Positions 27,784 through 37,380 of a DNA stretch of 64,000 nucleotides are shown piece by piece. Position 1 is the stretch's first letter. The number at the start of each line of letters is the position of its first letter. This DNA is from Patescibacteria group bacterium (GTDB lineage Bacteria; Patescibacteriota; Minisyncoccia; UBA6257; 2-01-FULL-56-20). The stretch spans positions 4,028 to 68,027 of the forward strand of contig JAGXBC010000004.1 in assembly GCA_018971305.1 (NCBI GenBank), given 5' to 3'. Below the pieces are notes generated by a model that worked only from the letters and a program-made list of their open reading frames with translations, was not told the origin of the DNA and made no database searches. The position numbers and the translations under genes are program-made.

Positions 27784-28860
27784 TTAATTTGTTGGAGCAT
27801 AGTAACCGCTCCTGAATTTAGGTGTTATGGCTTGTTGATTCAGGGTCTTGGGTAAATCTTTTAGCTTAACCTTGAGGCGCCGCCATTTGCCGTCTCTAAC
27901 CAAATTTGACGGCCTATAGCTTATCACATACTGATTGCGGATATCAAAAGAGATATTATCCGCAACATCCATCAATTCCTTCTCGTTTAAATTATCATTA
28001 GAATCACCTTCCACGGAAAACATCCGTCCGCCTGAAATATCAGAAAATTCTGAGAGCAGATCTGGTCCGTTCGCCTCTTCCATACTCCTGTTGCGCAGGC
28101 CAGGTGGCTCTAAAATGCCAATACAATAAACTTGTACATCGGCTTCCTGCAGAAACCTTTTCACATCTTTTTTTGTATACCTACTATGATTATCGCCGCC
28201 ATCCGATATCACAATCAAATCCTTGTGATTTAATGTGGCTCCGGTTTTCAACGTCTCTAATCCAAGATATATTGCGTCCAGAAGAGCTGTTTTACCTTCT
28301 GCCTTCTGTATTGATAGCAGAGAATCTTCCAGCCGCTGGGTATTAGACACCGGACCAACAACGACATCTGGTTTTTCATTGAACACGATTAGTGTATATT
28401 CGTCCTGAGGATTGGATTCCTTTACGATTTTACGAATTGCCTCAATAGAAAGCGGCAGCTTATATCCCAACGAACCGCTATAATCAAGAACTATGCAGAT
28501 TGAGGCCGGATCTTCATCAGTAAAAAATCCTAAAATCTTTTGTTTGACACCATCATCAAAGACCTCGAAATTATCCGGCCTTAATCCGGTTACTAATCCG
28601 TTTTTATCGTTGACCACAGAAACCCTGAGCTGGACCTCGTCTACCGTTACCTGCATCGGTGGGGCGTGGATGATTTTCTGGGCCACCTTAAAAGTAGTGG
28701 TTGCTGCTTTATTGATAGGAGTTATAGCTTTCTCCAGTAATGATTTATCTTTCTTGTCGGAATTTTCCGCCTTGGTTTCCTGTGCAAAAAGAGAAACCGA
28801 GAAGAAAACATACCACAATACAAATAAAGACAGCAACTCTTTCGGCGCTTTCTTTTTCAT
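27784..28860 (-). CDS. Secreted von Willebrand factor A domain protein (VWFA-related Acidobacterial domain type).
   Basis: Signal peptide. ICIVLDYSGSL MIDAS DxSxS, LIVISDGGDN, and a C-terminal RLKVKLKD...SGYYAP tail typical of TIGR03436-like proteins. Confidence 0.75.
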   Translation of the reverse strand: MKKKAPKELLSLFVLWYVFFSVSLFAQETKAENSDKKDKSLLEKAITPINKAATTTFKVAQKIIHAPPMQVTVDEVQLRVSVVNDKNGLVTGLRPDNFEVFDDGVKQKILGFFTDEDPASICIVLDYSGSLGYKLPLSIEAIRKIVKESNPQDEYTLIVFNEKPDVVVGPVSNTQRLEDSLLSIQKAEGKTALLDAIYLGLETLKTGATLNHKDLIVISDGGDNHSRYTKKDVKRFLQEADVQVYCIGILEPPGLRNRSMEEANGPDLLSEFSDISGGRMFSVEGDSNDNLNEKELMDVADNISFDIRNQYVISYRPSNLVRDGKWRRLKVKLKDLPKTLNQQAITPKFRSGYYAPTN

Positions 28861-28894
28861 GTCGGTTCCTCCTTTGCTATTTGATTTTCAAAAA

Positions 28895-29008
28895 AGGGCT
28901 ATTCCTAATGAAGTTTAGGAAAACCATTCCTTCGCGCCTCTCACACGGACCTGTCGCCCATAAGATTGGCGCCGCTTTTAGGAATAGAGTCGAAACTCCG
29001 TTAGGAAT
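28895..29008. promoter_or_regulatory. Cluster of TTAGGAAT repeats (direct and inverted) in the VWA gene upstream region. Candidate operator.
   Basis: gggctattcctaa ... ttaggaaaacc ... ttaggaatagag ... ttaggaattgccc. The outer arms are inverted repeats with one mismatch. Confidence 0.35.
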
Positions 29009-29107
29009 TGCCCTTTTCTTTCTTTCTGCGGCTTATCTATTCTAAGAGTAACATTAACACACCTGTCCGAAAAAAGTCAATCTTGTCCTCCCGGCAATTT
29101 TGATGAT

Positions 29108-30016
29108 CTAATTCTTCAGATATCTCCTTACTGCCACCAAACTGGATAACGTTCCGATACCAACCCCAAAAATTAACTGATATAGAAAAAGTTTGCCTAA
29201 ATTTTCATAAAAATATTGGAAAACGTCCAATCCGGGTATAAAAACTTTGAGATAAGGTGAAACAAAATAAATTATAGGAGCAGCGATTATCATACTCAAC
29301 ACCGCTGCCAAAATCCCAGAGATTATTCCCTCAACCACCAATGGTCCGCGAACGAAACTATTGGAAGCGCCAACTACGCGCATGACTCCTATCTCTTCTC
29401 TGCCGGAATAAATAGCCAGGCGAATAGTATTGAAAACCACGAGTCCAGCCACAAGCGCAAGAACAATCGTCAAAACCCAGCCACCGCGGTTTACGCCCTT
29501 CACAATGGCCGTGAGGCGATCTATAACGACCTGATTCTTTGCATAACTTACAGAGTCAATATATTGAGACAAATTGGGCGCGTCTAAATAATTGGCTATA
29601 TCCGCATACTGGTCGGGCTGCTGGGCTTTGATGTTAAGAGATGCCTCAAGCGGGTTGCTATTCAACTCATTTATCCCCTGGCTGATAGTCGCATCATCCT
29701 TGTGCGCCTCCTTAAAAATTGACAAGGCCTGATCGCTGGAAATATATTCAACGCTTTTGACCTCGGATAAATTTTCCAGTGATTGTTTAACATTTAAAAC
29801 CTGGTCTTCCGAAGTTGTTGTTTTAAAATAAACACTAATATCTATCTTGTCTTGTATGGAAGAAGCAGCATGGTCAGCGACAACTCCGAATATAATCAAT
29901 CCGACAAAAACCAAAAGAGCCAAAATCATAATGGCTACCGTAGCCGCGGAAAGCCAGCCGTGCCGCCAAAAATTCTTGAAACCAAAATGGGTTATACGCG
30001 AAAGAACTGTGAACAT
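29108..30016 (-). CDS. ftsX: Cell division ABC transporter permease FtsX.
   Basis: Four-TM FtsX topology with a large extracellular loop. Immediately downstream of ftsE. Confidence 0.85.
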   Translation of the reverse strand: MFTVLSRITHFGFKNFWRHGWLSAATVAIMILALLVFVGLIIFGVVADHAASSIQDKIDISVYFKTTTSEDQVLNVKQSLENLSEVKSVEYISSDQALSIFKEAHKDDATISQGINELNSNPLEASLNIKAQQPDQYADIANYLDAPNLSQYIDSVSYAKNQVVIDRLTAIVKGVNRGGWVLTIVLALVAGLVVFNTIRLAIYSGREEIGVMRVVGASNSFVRGPLVVEGIISGILAAVLSMIIAAPIIYFVSPYLKVFIPGLDVFQYFYENLGKLFLYQLIFGVGIGTLSSLVAVRRYLKN

Positions 30017-30030
30017 TCTATTTAGTTATA

Positions 30031-30720
30031 TTATACCAATATGTATTTTCCTTTTTCCTCGTCGCGGATTATGCGGCCGCGATCAAGAGTAATAACTCTC
30101 TTCTCTAAAGTATTAATGACTTCTTTGTCGTGCGTCGCCAAAAGCAAAGTAGTGCCAAGCTGATTGATTTTCTCCAGAAGTTTGATGATTTCGTATGTGT
30201 TTAATGGATCCAGATTGCCAGTCGGCTCGTCGGCGATGATGATTTCCGGCCTGTGAATCATAGCGCGGGCGATCGCCACTCTTTGCCGCTCTCCGCCCGA
30301 AAGCTCGTGCGGAAAATTTCCGGATTTTTCACTCAAGCCCACCATGTCTAAAACCTGGGGAACGAGTTCCACGATATCTCTCTGCGGCCTGCCGGCAACC
30401 TCAAGGGCAAAAGCAACGTTTTCATAGGCCGTTTTCATCGGCAAAAGGCGGAAGTCTTGGAAAATAACGCCGACGTGCCTACGAAAAGCCGGCAATTCTC
30501 CGTCTTTGAGCTTATTAACCTCATATTGGCTAAAAAAAACTCTGCCTTTAGTTGGTTTTTCTTCACCTATTAATAGCTTGATAACGGTTGATTTTCCGGC
30601 TCCCGAACGCCCTGTGAGAGAAACAAATTCTCCCGGTTGGACCTCAAAATCAAGGTCTTCCAGAGCCGCGGAGTGGCTGTTATAAATTTTTGATACCCCT
30701 TGAAAAACTACCATAGCCAT
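30031..30720 (-). CDS. ftsE: Cell division ATP-binding protein FtsE.
   Basis: Walker A GRSGAGKST, LSGGERQRVAIARA, IIADEPTGNLD. 229 aa. Confidence 0.9.
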   Translation of the reverse strand: MAMVVFQGVSKIYNSHSAALEDLDFEVQPGEFVSLTGRSGAGKSTVIKLLIGEEKPTKGRVFFSQYEVNKLKDGELPAFRRHVGVIFQDFRLLPMKTAYENVAFALEVAGRPQRDIVELVPQVLDMVGLSEKSGNFPHELSGGERQRVAIARAMIHRPEIIIADEPTGNLDPLNTYEIIKLLEKINQLGTTLLLATHDKEVINTLEKRVITLDRGRIIRDEEKGKYILV

Positions 30721-30770
30721 TTTTTATTGACATCTCTAATTCTATATTGTTTGTAAAAATTCACAAGTGG

Positions 30771-31806
30771 TTACTTCAAAGATTCTATCTCCGCCTCAAT
30801 GAATATGTCCAAATCTCCGGCCAATACTCCCACAACATTGGAAGTTTCCGCCTTCGTACGATGATCCTTGACCATTTGATAGGGATTAAGCACATAAGAG
30901 CGAAGCTGATTCCCCCACTCCGGCTTAACTTTAACGCGAAGATTACCCAACTCCTTAACTTGATTACGTTCCATAAGCTGGAATAATTTCGCCTTGAGGT
31001 GCCTGAGGGCCACTTCGCGATTCTGCGACTGCGAACGCTCGGCGCGGGCGGAAACTGCTATTCCCGTGGGAAGATGCACCACTCGCACCGCCGTCTCCAC
31101 CTTATTGACGTTCTGCCCGCCCGGACCTCCGGCCCTGGAAAACTCCCACCTCAAATCAGCATCGGGGATTATTAGTTTCGATTCTACAAGTGCCGGCAAA
31201 TCGGGGACAACTTCGACGAGAGCGAACGATGTGTGCCGCAATTGTTTAGAAGAAAATGGCGAGATGCGCACGAGGCGGTGCACACCCGATTCTCTCCTCA
31301 GATATCCATAGGCGAAAGAGCCGCGGATTTCGAAAGTACGCGATCGCGGACTGTCATCTATAGCGACAACTTTCCATTTTTGCCGTGCCGCGTATCCCTC
31401 ATACATCTCTGCAAGCATGCGCGCCCAGTCTTCGGCGTCGTCTCCCCCGGCACCAGGATAAACAGAGAGTACGGCCGCCTGCTTGTCGTATGGTCCGCTA
31501 AAAAGAGTCGCGAGTTCCAATTCGCGGAATTTCTTTTTTACTTCAAAAAATTTATTTTCGTCGAAAACATTCTCCAGCTCGGCCACGCCGCTCTCGATTA
31601 AATAGAATTTATCCGTCAGGTCGCGCAGTTCTCCCAGAGTCTTTATTTTTTCGTCGGCGGCAAAACGATCAGTCCAAAAACCTGGCGACGACATTTCACC
31701 CTCCAGTTTTTCTATCTCTTTCTTTTTAGTCTCTACGTCAAAGCCGCCCGCCCAAACGGCGGGCTTCGGATTCAAGTTCGGTTAATTGTTCCCTATGATC
31801 ATCCAT
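30771..31806 (-). CDS. prfB: Peptide chain release factor 2 with a programmed +1 ribosomal frameshift. Frame-0 start ATG 31806-31804 encodes 22 aa to CTT TGA C at 31743-31737; the +1 frame continues to the stop at 30771.
   Basis: GGQ motif ([11 protein letters not shown]) and SPF tripeptide (RISPFSS), so RF2. Frame 0 encodes [22 protein letters not shown], then CUU UGA C, identical to the E. coli RF2 autoregulatory site. The +1 frame continues [13 protein letters not shown], aligning with E. coli Leu25/Asp26. The track ORF starts artificially at a TTG. Confidence 0.9.
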
Positions 31807-32136
31807 TTATAGTTTTTTATTTGGTTTATGGGATTTTTGTTTCTTGGCTTCTTGCGCCAGTTCTTCGCGAAGATAAACTTTCGCCAAATATCTTAAGTCT
31901 TCCTCGCTGGCATTTCGTGGATTGCTCCGCCGTGCACGCTCCATCGCCCTATACCACGCTGTATTCTCTTCCGATTCTTTATATTTTATCTTTTTTGGAT
32001 TCCTAAAACATTCCGGACAGTTTCCGGGACTATCGAATTCGTTACCACAACGATTACAAGAAGTTATTGTATGTATTTCCGGCCCCTTGGATTCTGGCTG
32101 AAAATTGGATTCCGATTGTTCCGGCATCAGAACCAT
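31807..32136 (-). CDS. Hypothetical zinc-ribbon protein (109 aa). Stop TAA directly abuts the prfB ATG.
   Basis: CNRCG...CPEC zinc-ribbon Cys pairs and a Lys/Arg-rich C-terminus. The TAAATG junction with prfB suggests co-transcription. Confidence 0.4.
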   Translation of the reverse strand: MVLMPEQSESNFQPESKGPEIHTITSCNRCGNEFDSPGNCPECFRNPKKIKYKESEENTAWYRAMERARRSNPRNASEEDLRYLAKVYLREELAQEAKKQKSHKPNKKL

Positions 32137-32152
32137 TGTAACTCAATTCCGC

Positions 32153-32518
32153 TTAATTTTGAAGATAATGCGCGGAAGGGATGACTGGCCTCCCATCCAG
32201 CACGAGCCCAAGAGAAAACATTGCAGTCGGTACACCCCAGATATAGGCAGCGGTTCCGTCTATTGGGTCACAAAACCATTTTCTTCCGCCACCATATTCA
32301 GCAGTGCTTTCCTCCTCACCGATAACTCCATCGCTGGGAAATGCTTTTGCTAATCTTTGGATAACGAGAGAATTTATCAATTTGTCCGCGATGGTTACTT
32401 GGGTATTATCTTTTTTTATTTCGATATGCTGATCTTCGTCAAAGTATTTGCGCATTATTACGCCCGCTTCTTTAGCGATATCTTTGGCTGCAAATAATTC
32501 TTTAGTGTAGCTACTCAT
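32153..32518 (-). pseudogene. Inositol monophosphatase (IMPase/SuhB/CysQ) family fragment: N-terminal 121 aa only, truncated.
   Basis: DGVIGEEES...WFCDPIDGTAAYIWGVP (IMPase motifs A and B) present. The C-terminal WD..G/GG motifs are absent in any frame downstream. Confidence 0.55.
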
Positions 32519-32658
32519 TACATAGACTGTATCATAAAACTATTGTGCGCGGGAGTTTCGCATGCCCGATAGTCAGTTGGGCAGATACGCTTCCAGTTCA
32601 AATCCGGGAAAACAGGATGCAACTAAATTGTTCCAATGGAACAGTTTGGTTGCACATG

Positions 32659-32730
32659 AGCCACCTCCCGGATTTGAACCGGGGACCTTCGCTTTACGAA
32701 AGCGCTGCTCTACCGCTGAGCTAAGGTGGC
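32659..32730 (-). tRNA. tRNA-Thr (anticodon CGU), no encoded CCA.
   Basis: Minus strand: GCCACCT-TA-GCTC-AGCGGTA-GAGC-A-GCGCT-TTCGTAA-AGCGA-AGGTC-CCCGG-TTCAAAT-CCGGG-AGGTGGC-T. Cloverleaf fits, with U33 and A37 and anticodon CGT. Confidence 0.85.
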
Positions 32731-32821
32731 GGCATTTTATATTTGAAATTTAACAAATTTCCGGCCAATTCGCAAACAAAATAGGCGTGGCAAAAGCCGC
32801 ACCTATTATCACAAAATCGGA

Positions 32822-33013
32822 TTAATTAACAAACACTTCTTTAAATCTTTCTTCGCCGAATACTTGCTTGAATGCTTCTGGTTTCCAAAGCCGTCTCAAA
32901 TATTCGTTTCTCAGCCTTTCAATGTCATAACTTTCATGATGACCGTCAACAAATTCGTCGCGGATTCGTTCGCGTTTTCCGCGGACCAGTATCAGTAAAA
33001 GCGGATTATTCAT
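32822..33013 (-). CDS. Small hypothetical protein (63 aa).
   Basis: ORF only. No motif. Confidence 0.2.
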   Translation of the reverse strand: MNNPLLLILVRGKRERIRDEFVDGHHESYDIERLRNEYLRRLWKPEAFKQVFGEERFKEVFVN

Positions 33014-33151
33014 CGTAGCATCCTCCTTATAGATAACTATCTACATAATAACAAGAACAACCAAATATCGGCAACCCTACGCCAAATCTAACTCAGTTAA
33101 AATTGCTCTATCAAACAGAAATCAGTTGATTAGACGTTATGCCGTTTTGAG

Positions 33152-33685
33152 CTATTGAACGATTATCGTACCCGTATCGCTGGCGCGGAGATGGTTGTGA
33201 TAATTCCAAGTTCCTGACTTATTGAATGTAAATGACCACGAGCCGCCAGGTGGAATGCCGCCGCAAGCGTCAAACGTGTCGCCGGTAGGACTCGCGCAGT
33301 GCTGTTGGAGAGATGTGCCGTCATAAAGAGTGTGTGTGGGATGATTATTGGATGCCGGCCAGAACGAAGATGAGCTCTTATTTTCGAAAACAACCGTGTC
33401 GCCCCGGTTTATTGTCACGGCATTCGGAGAAAAACCACTGTCGGTATAGTCAACCGTAACGGTTATGGTTGCCGTAACAGTAGCTGGAGGAAGAACGGGT
33501 GTAGGATCAACGGTCTTATCCGTAGCAGGGGTATTAGCATCGGCACCGTTCAAATTATTCTGTGATACCGTGCCGTTCTGAACGCCGGGTACAACAGTCG
33601 CACTTGTTCCGGAATTTTTAACAACAACAAAAGTCACCAACACAACTATAACTATCCCACCTAAAATATATAATTTTTTAGACAT
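33152..33685 (-). CDS. Secreted hypothetical protein. Possible cupredoxin-like beta-sandwich domain.
   Basis: N-terminal TM/signal, Thr/Pro-rich linker and a C-terminal TINRGDTVVFENKS...HNH...GTIIV beta-rich domain. No complete blue-copper ligand set. Confidence 0.4.
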   Translation of the reverse strand: MSKKLYILGGIVIVVLVTFVVVKNSGTSATVVPGVQNGTVSQNNLNGADANTPATDKTVDPTPVLPPATVTATITVTVDYTDSGFSPNAVTINRGDTVVFENKSSSSFWPASNNHPTHTLYDGTSLQQHCASPTGDTFDACGGIPPGGSWSFTFNKSGTWNYHNHLRASDTGTIIVQ

Positions 33686-33699
33686 AAAATAATTTTAAT

Positions 33700-34173
33700 T
33701 TAACCAATGAAGTCGCGCAAGCGCGGGTACTTGGCGCAAAACGCCGCATTAGACCGCCAACTGTCTATCCCCCACACGCGCCCTGCTCGTGAAGCGGCAA
33801 AAAACAACATAACAAATCCGTAAATAATATGTTCGTCGACAATTAGCGAATTGGCATCGGGATGGATTATGCCAAGAGGCAAATAATATAAAAGCATCAT
33901 TACCGCTCCGAGCTTGGATGAAAGACGAACGCCTACTCCCAAAATAAGAGAAGTGCCAAGGAGCGTTAACCCCCATTCGTTCACGAAATTCGTTATCGGC
34001 AAAATAGCCGGACTCGCAAGCCATGCATAAAATCCTGACAGAAACTTGGCGTTATTCAAGTATCCAGCAGCTGACCAGTTCGGATTTAAAACTTTCGTTA
34101 TACCGGCGTAAAACATTAACCATCCCAAAGAAACTCGGGCTAGAACCAAAAACAATTTTTGCGATTTGGTCAT
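33700..34173 (-). CDS. DoxX family membrane protein.
   Basis: Four TM helices, about 157 aa. N-terminal LARVSLGWLMFYAGITKV matches DoxX. Confidence 0.7.
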   Translation of the reverse strand: MTKSQKLFLVLARVSLGWLMFYAGITKVLNPNWSAAGYLNNAKFLSGFYAWLASPAILPITNFVNEWGLTLLGTSLILGVGVRLSSKLGAVMMLLYYLPLGIIHPDANSLIVDEHIIYGFVMLFFAASRAGRVWGIDSWRSNAAFCAKYPRLRDFIG

Positions 34174-34231
34174 GAATAAATTATATCACAAAGAATAAGG
34201 TCGACATGAACCGACAATAAAATATATTGTT

Positions 34232-35428
34232 TTAAGAATAAATTCTTATCAGTTCGTCGAATTTGGACATTCGTTCCTTTACCGGTGCGCCTATTTTTAC
34301 GCCATATGCTCCACCGGCGCGGGCAAGATGGATTATAAAATTATCAGCAGTTTCTCCGGAGCGGTGGGAAACGATGCATTTTATCCCAAGCTTGTGCGCG
34401 GCCTTCATTGCCGCGCAGGCCTCGCTTACCGTTCCTATTTGATTCGGTTTGATGATAACGCCGCTTATCAATTTACCCCGCCCAGCTGCAGAAATAGCCG
34501 CGGGGTTCGTTACGGTCAAGTCATCACCTACTATTAATTTCTTTTTCTCAGCCGCCAAAAGTTCGGCAAATCCTCCGCCGTCGTTCTCGTCGAAGGGGTC
34601 TTCAACGGAAACAAGCATCGGAGCCTGGCGAAAATATCTTTCGTAGGTTTTTAAAAGTTCTTCCCGGGAGAGACGCGCGCCTGCAAACATATACCAACCA
34701 CCTTTATAAAATCCAGAGGCCGCGGCATCAAGCCCGATTTGGAAATCTTTCCGCAGGCGGAATTTCTTAATGAGCTCTCCTAAAATATGTATCGGTTCGA
34801 AATTGTTTTTGAAATCCAAAGAATATCCACCCTCATCACCTATGGGAAGATTTTTCATCTTGTATCTCTTGCCCAAAAAGTCCCCAAGTTTTTTATAAAA
34901 ACCAACAAGTGTCTCAACGCTTTTCTCCACTGGCCGCCCAATTCTCACTACAATCATATACTCCTGGATATCCAGATCGTTATTTGCATGCACGCCGCCG
35001 TTTATGACATTGGAAAATATAAATGGCACGCGCTTAATGTTTTTGCCGGGGAAAAATTCTTTTTGCAATATCTGCCATGGCTCTTTTTTATGTTCAAAAG
35101 CCAATCCGCGCGTAAAAGCGATGGAGGCACCGAGCATAACATTGCCGCCAAATTTCTTTTTGTCCGACGTACCATCCAGCTTTAGAAGAAAGCGATCGAA
35201 CTTAGTAATGGAGATAAATCTCTTGCCGCGAAGTTTCTTGTTAAGTAATTCTCCGGCTTTCTTGGCCGCTTTCGGCGGTAATACAAATACTTCCCGTTCT
35301 CCGCGGCTTTTTCCGGAAGGCACCTGACCGAAAAATTCTTCGCCGCTGCCGTCAACAATGCAAACCTCAACAGTCGGCTCGCCGCGTGAGTCGAAAATTT
35401 CTCTGACAAGTAAATTTTTTACCGTCAT
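34232..35428 (-). CDS. eno: Enolase (phosphopyruvate hydratase).
   Basis: REIFDSRGEPTVEV N-terminal motif and IVSHRSGETAD active-site region. Confidence 0.9.
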   Translation of the reverse strand: MTVKNLLVREIFDSRGEPTVEVCIVDGSGEEFFGQVPSGKSRGEREVFVLPPKAAKKAGELLNKKLRGKRFISITKFDRFLLKLDGTSDKKKFGGNVMLGASIAFTRGLAFEHKKEPWQILQKEFFPGKNIKRVPFIFSNVINGGVHANNDLDIQEYMIVVRIGRPVEKSVETLVGFYKKLGDFLGKRYKMKNLPIGDEGGYSLDFKNNFEPIHILGELIKKFRLRKDFQIGLDAAASGFYKGGWYMFAGARLSREELLKTYERYFRQAPMLVSVEDPFDENDGGGFAELLAAEKKKLIVGDDLTVTNPAAISAAGRGKLISGVIIKPNQIGTVSEACAAMKAAHKLGIKCIVSHRSGETADNFIIHLARAGGAYGVKIGAPVKERMSKFDELIRIYS

Positions 35429-35430
35429 CC

Positions 35431-36420
35431 TTATTTATTTGGCACTAAATTCACCGGCTTTCCTTCGGTGAAGGCAACAATATTATCTATCGTGGTTTCC
35501 AAAATTCTCTGGAACGCTTCCTTGGTATTGAAGGCGTTGTGCGGCGTAACTATTACGTTCGGCATCATAACAAGTTCGCGGTCAAGGCTCATGTCCCCCG
35601 CTTTCATATTCGCTTCTTCTTCAAGCACATCAAGCCCCGCGCCGCCAAGCTGTCCGGATTTGAGCGCGGCGATAACCGCAGGCGTTTCCACTATAGCCCC
35701 GCGGGCTGTATTAATAAGATAGGCACCCTTCTTCATTAAGCCGATGTTATTTTTATTTATAAGGTGGTGCGTTGACGGCAAATACGGGCAATGGATGGTA
35801 ATAACATCGCTCTCTGCGAGAATTTCTTCCAACGAAACATAGGAGTATCCCATCTCTTTGGCAAAAGCGTCATCGTGGTAAACATCATACGCCACTATTT
35901 TCATTCCAAAACCTTTTCCCATGCGGACCGCGTGTTTGCCGATACGACCGGTACCGATAACGCCCAGAGTTTTGCCTGCCAGGTCAAAACCGCAAAGCCC
36001 GTCCGTGGAAAATTTCTTTTCGTCTTTAACCCGAACGCTCGCTTCGCGTATCTTCCGAGATAAAGCAAGGAGGAGGGCAAAAGCGAATTCTGCCACCGTA
36101 TTTTCCCCGTATGCGGGCACCGATGAAACCTGGACCCCGCGTTCCGCTGCGGCTTTAAGGTCTATGTGATCAAAACCGGTCGAGAGCGTGGCTATGAATT
36201 TAAGTTCCGGCAGGACGCTTATCGTAGACGCATCAACCTTGGAATCCATAAAAACCCCGGCGATATCGAAATCTTTTTCGGATGGGATACTATCTTTATT
36301 TAATAATTCACCGGAGAAAACGACTTCCACTCCGGCTTTTTTTAATTTCTCGCTGCTTTCCACGTAATCCTTTCCTTCGCCCCAATATTTAAAATTAAAA
36401 AATATTGCTTTATGATTCAT
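35431..36420 (-). CDS. D-isomer-specific 2-hydroxyacid dehydrogenase (D-lactate / glycerate / phosphoglycerate dehydrogenase family).
   Basis: NAD-binding GVIGTGRIGK. Catalytic R/E/H region TARGAIVE...HNAF. Confidence 0.85.
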   Translation of the reverse strand: MNHKAIFFNFKYWGEGKDYVESSEKLKKAGVEVVFSGELLNKDSIPSEKDFDIAGVFMDSKVDASTISVLPELKFIATLSTGFDHIDLKAAAERGVQVSSVPAYGENTVAEFAFALLLALSRKIREASVRVKDEKKFSTDGLCGFDLAGKTLGVIGTGRIGKHAVRMGKGFGMKIVAYDVYHDDAFAKEMGYSYVSLEEILAESDVITIHCPYLPSTHHLINKNNIGLMKKGAYLINTARGAIVETPAVIAALKSGQLGGAGLDVLEEEANMKAGDMSLDRELVMMPNVIVTPHNAFNTKEAFQRILETTIDNIVAFTEGKPVNLVPNK

Positions 36421-36490
36421 ATAATAATTTTAGAACAATTTTACCGAGATGCACAAATGATGATTGTGGCCAGTTAGAGATAATAATAAA

Positions 36491-37270
36491 CTATGGAACG
36501 TCATCAATTTTCATTGCTGCAAGACATAAAAACAAAGGTATTTCTTTCCGGGCAATGTCTTCCGCCTTGGCCCGCGGACCCGGCTCGCTCTTTTTATGCG
36601 AATTCCATTCTTCCAGCGCCGTAACCGCTAAACCGGCTTTCCGTAACACCTTAAAATAAAATTGCAGCGGACGGTGAAAAGAAAGCGTATGCTTTCCCGG
36701 ATTGTCCCCGGGGTGCATCTCTATCGGCACCTTGGCCTCGGAAAGATATTTATCTATGCGACGATATTGTATTTTGGCCTTATCATCCCAACCCCAACTG
36801 CTGGCTTTGGGAACGCGGAATGCAGGATGGTTCATGACGATAAAAATCTTGCCGCCAAGCTTAAGTACGCGCGCGCATTCGCGCAACGCCTCCCCAACAC
36901 CGTCTATGTTTTGCAGGGCGAGAACGACAGCAATCTTATTTACGCTTTCGTTCTTTATAAATGGAAACTTTCCCGCGGAAGCAACTTCAAAATGAATATC
37001 TTCGGGCGAATGAGTCCTGGCCAGAGCTATTAAAGTCCGCGATGCGTCAACTCCCGTGACTCGCGCTCCGGCTCGCAGAAATTCCCTGGCGAAAAACCCT
37101 TGTCCGCAGGCAAGATCAAGAACCGTCTCTCCCTTTTTTATTTCCATAAGGCGCAAAAGGTTGGGCAATATCAAATCTTTCTGATACGTCCCCTGGCCCT
37201 CAAGCATTCGGTCATACCATTTAGCAACCCCCTCCCAGGAAGTATCTTTTTTATGTACGGGTTTTTTCAT
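36491..37270 (-). CDS. Class I SAM-dependent methyltransferase. Track ORF to 37318; likely start at Met17.
   Basis: Motif I VLDLACGQG and motif post-I. Confidence 0.75.
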   Translation of the reverse strand: MKKPVHKKDTSWEGVAKWYDRMLEGQGTYQKDLILPNLLRLMEIKKGETVLDLACGQGFFAREFLRAGARVTGVDASRTLIALARTHSPEDIHFEVASAGKFPFIKNESVNKIAVVLALQNIDGVGEALRECARVLKLGGKIFIVMNHPAFRVPKASSWGWDDKAKIQYRRIDKYLSEAKVPIEMHPGDNPGKHTLSFHRPLQFYFKVLRKAGLAVTALEEWNSHKKSEPGPRAKAEDIARKEIPLFLCLAAMKIDDVP

Positions 37271-37321
37271 GCGGTTGCTCTTATTATATTGGCCAGAAGG
37301 AAATAATAAAAGCTCCACGGT

Positions 37322-37350
37322 TTGACGCGAAAAAAAATTTGCGATAAAAT
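37322..37350 (+). promoter_or_regulatory. Near-consensus sigma70 promoter for the small membrane protein paralog A.
   Basis: TTGACG, 17 nt spacer, TAAAAT. AAGGAGG SD at -8 of the ATG. Confidence 0.5.
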
Positions 37351-37380
37351 ATCCTAAGTTTATTTTGGAAGGAGGAAACT

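Noticed and set aside
31821-32006. 61-aa + strand ORF opposite the zinc-ribbon gene upstream of prfB.
   Set aside because: No SD or motif. It overlaps a minus-strand ORF that is abutted to prfB by TAAATG, which is the more likely coding strand.
32585-32625. Possible second tRNA on + strand containing TTCAAATCCGGG.
   Set aside because: Flanking 5-nt arms (tccag / ccggg) do not pair, and no acceptor or anticodon stems could be built. Treated as a 13-nt inverted fragment of the tRNA-Thr T-arm instead.
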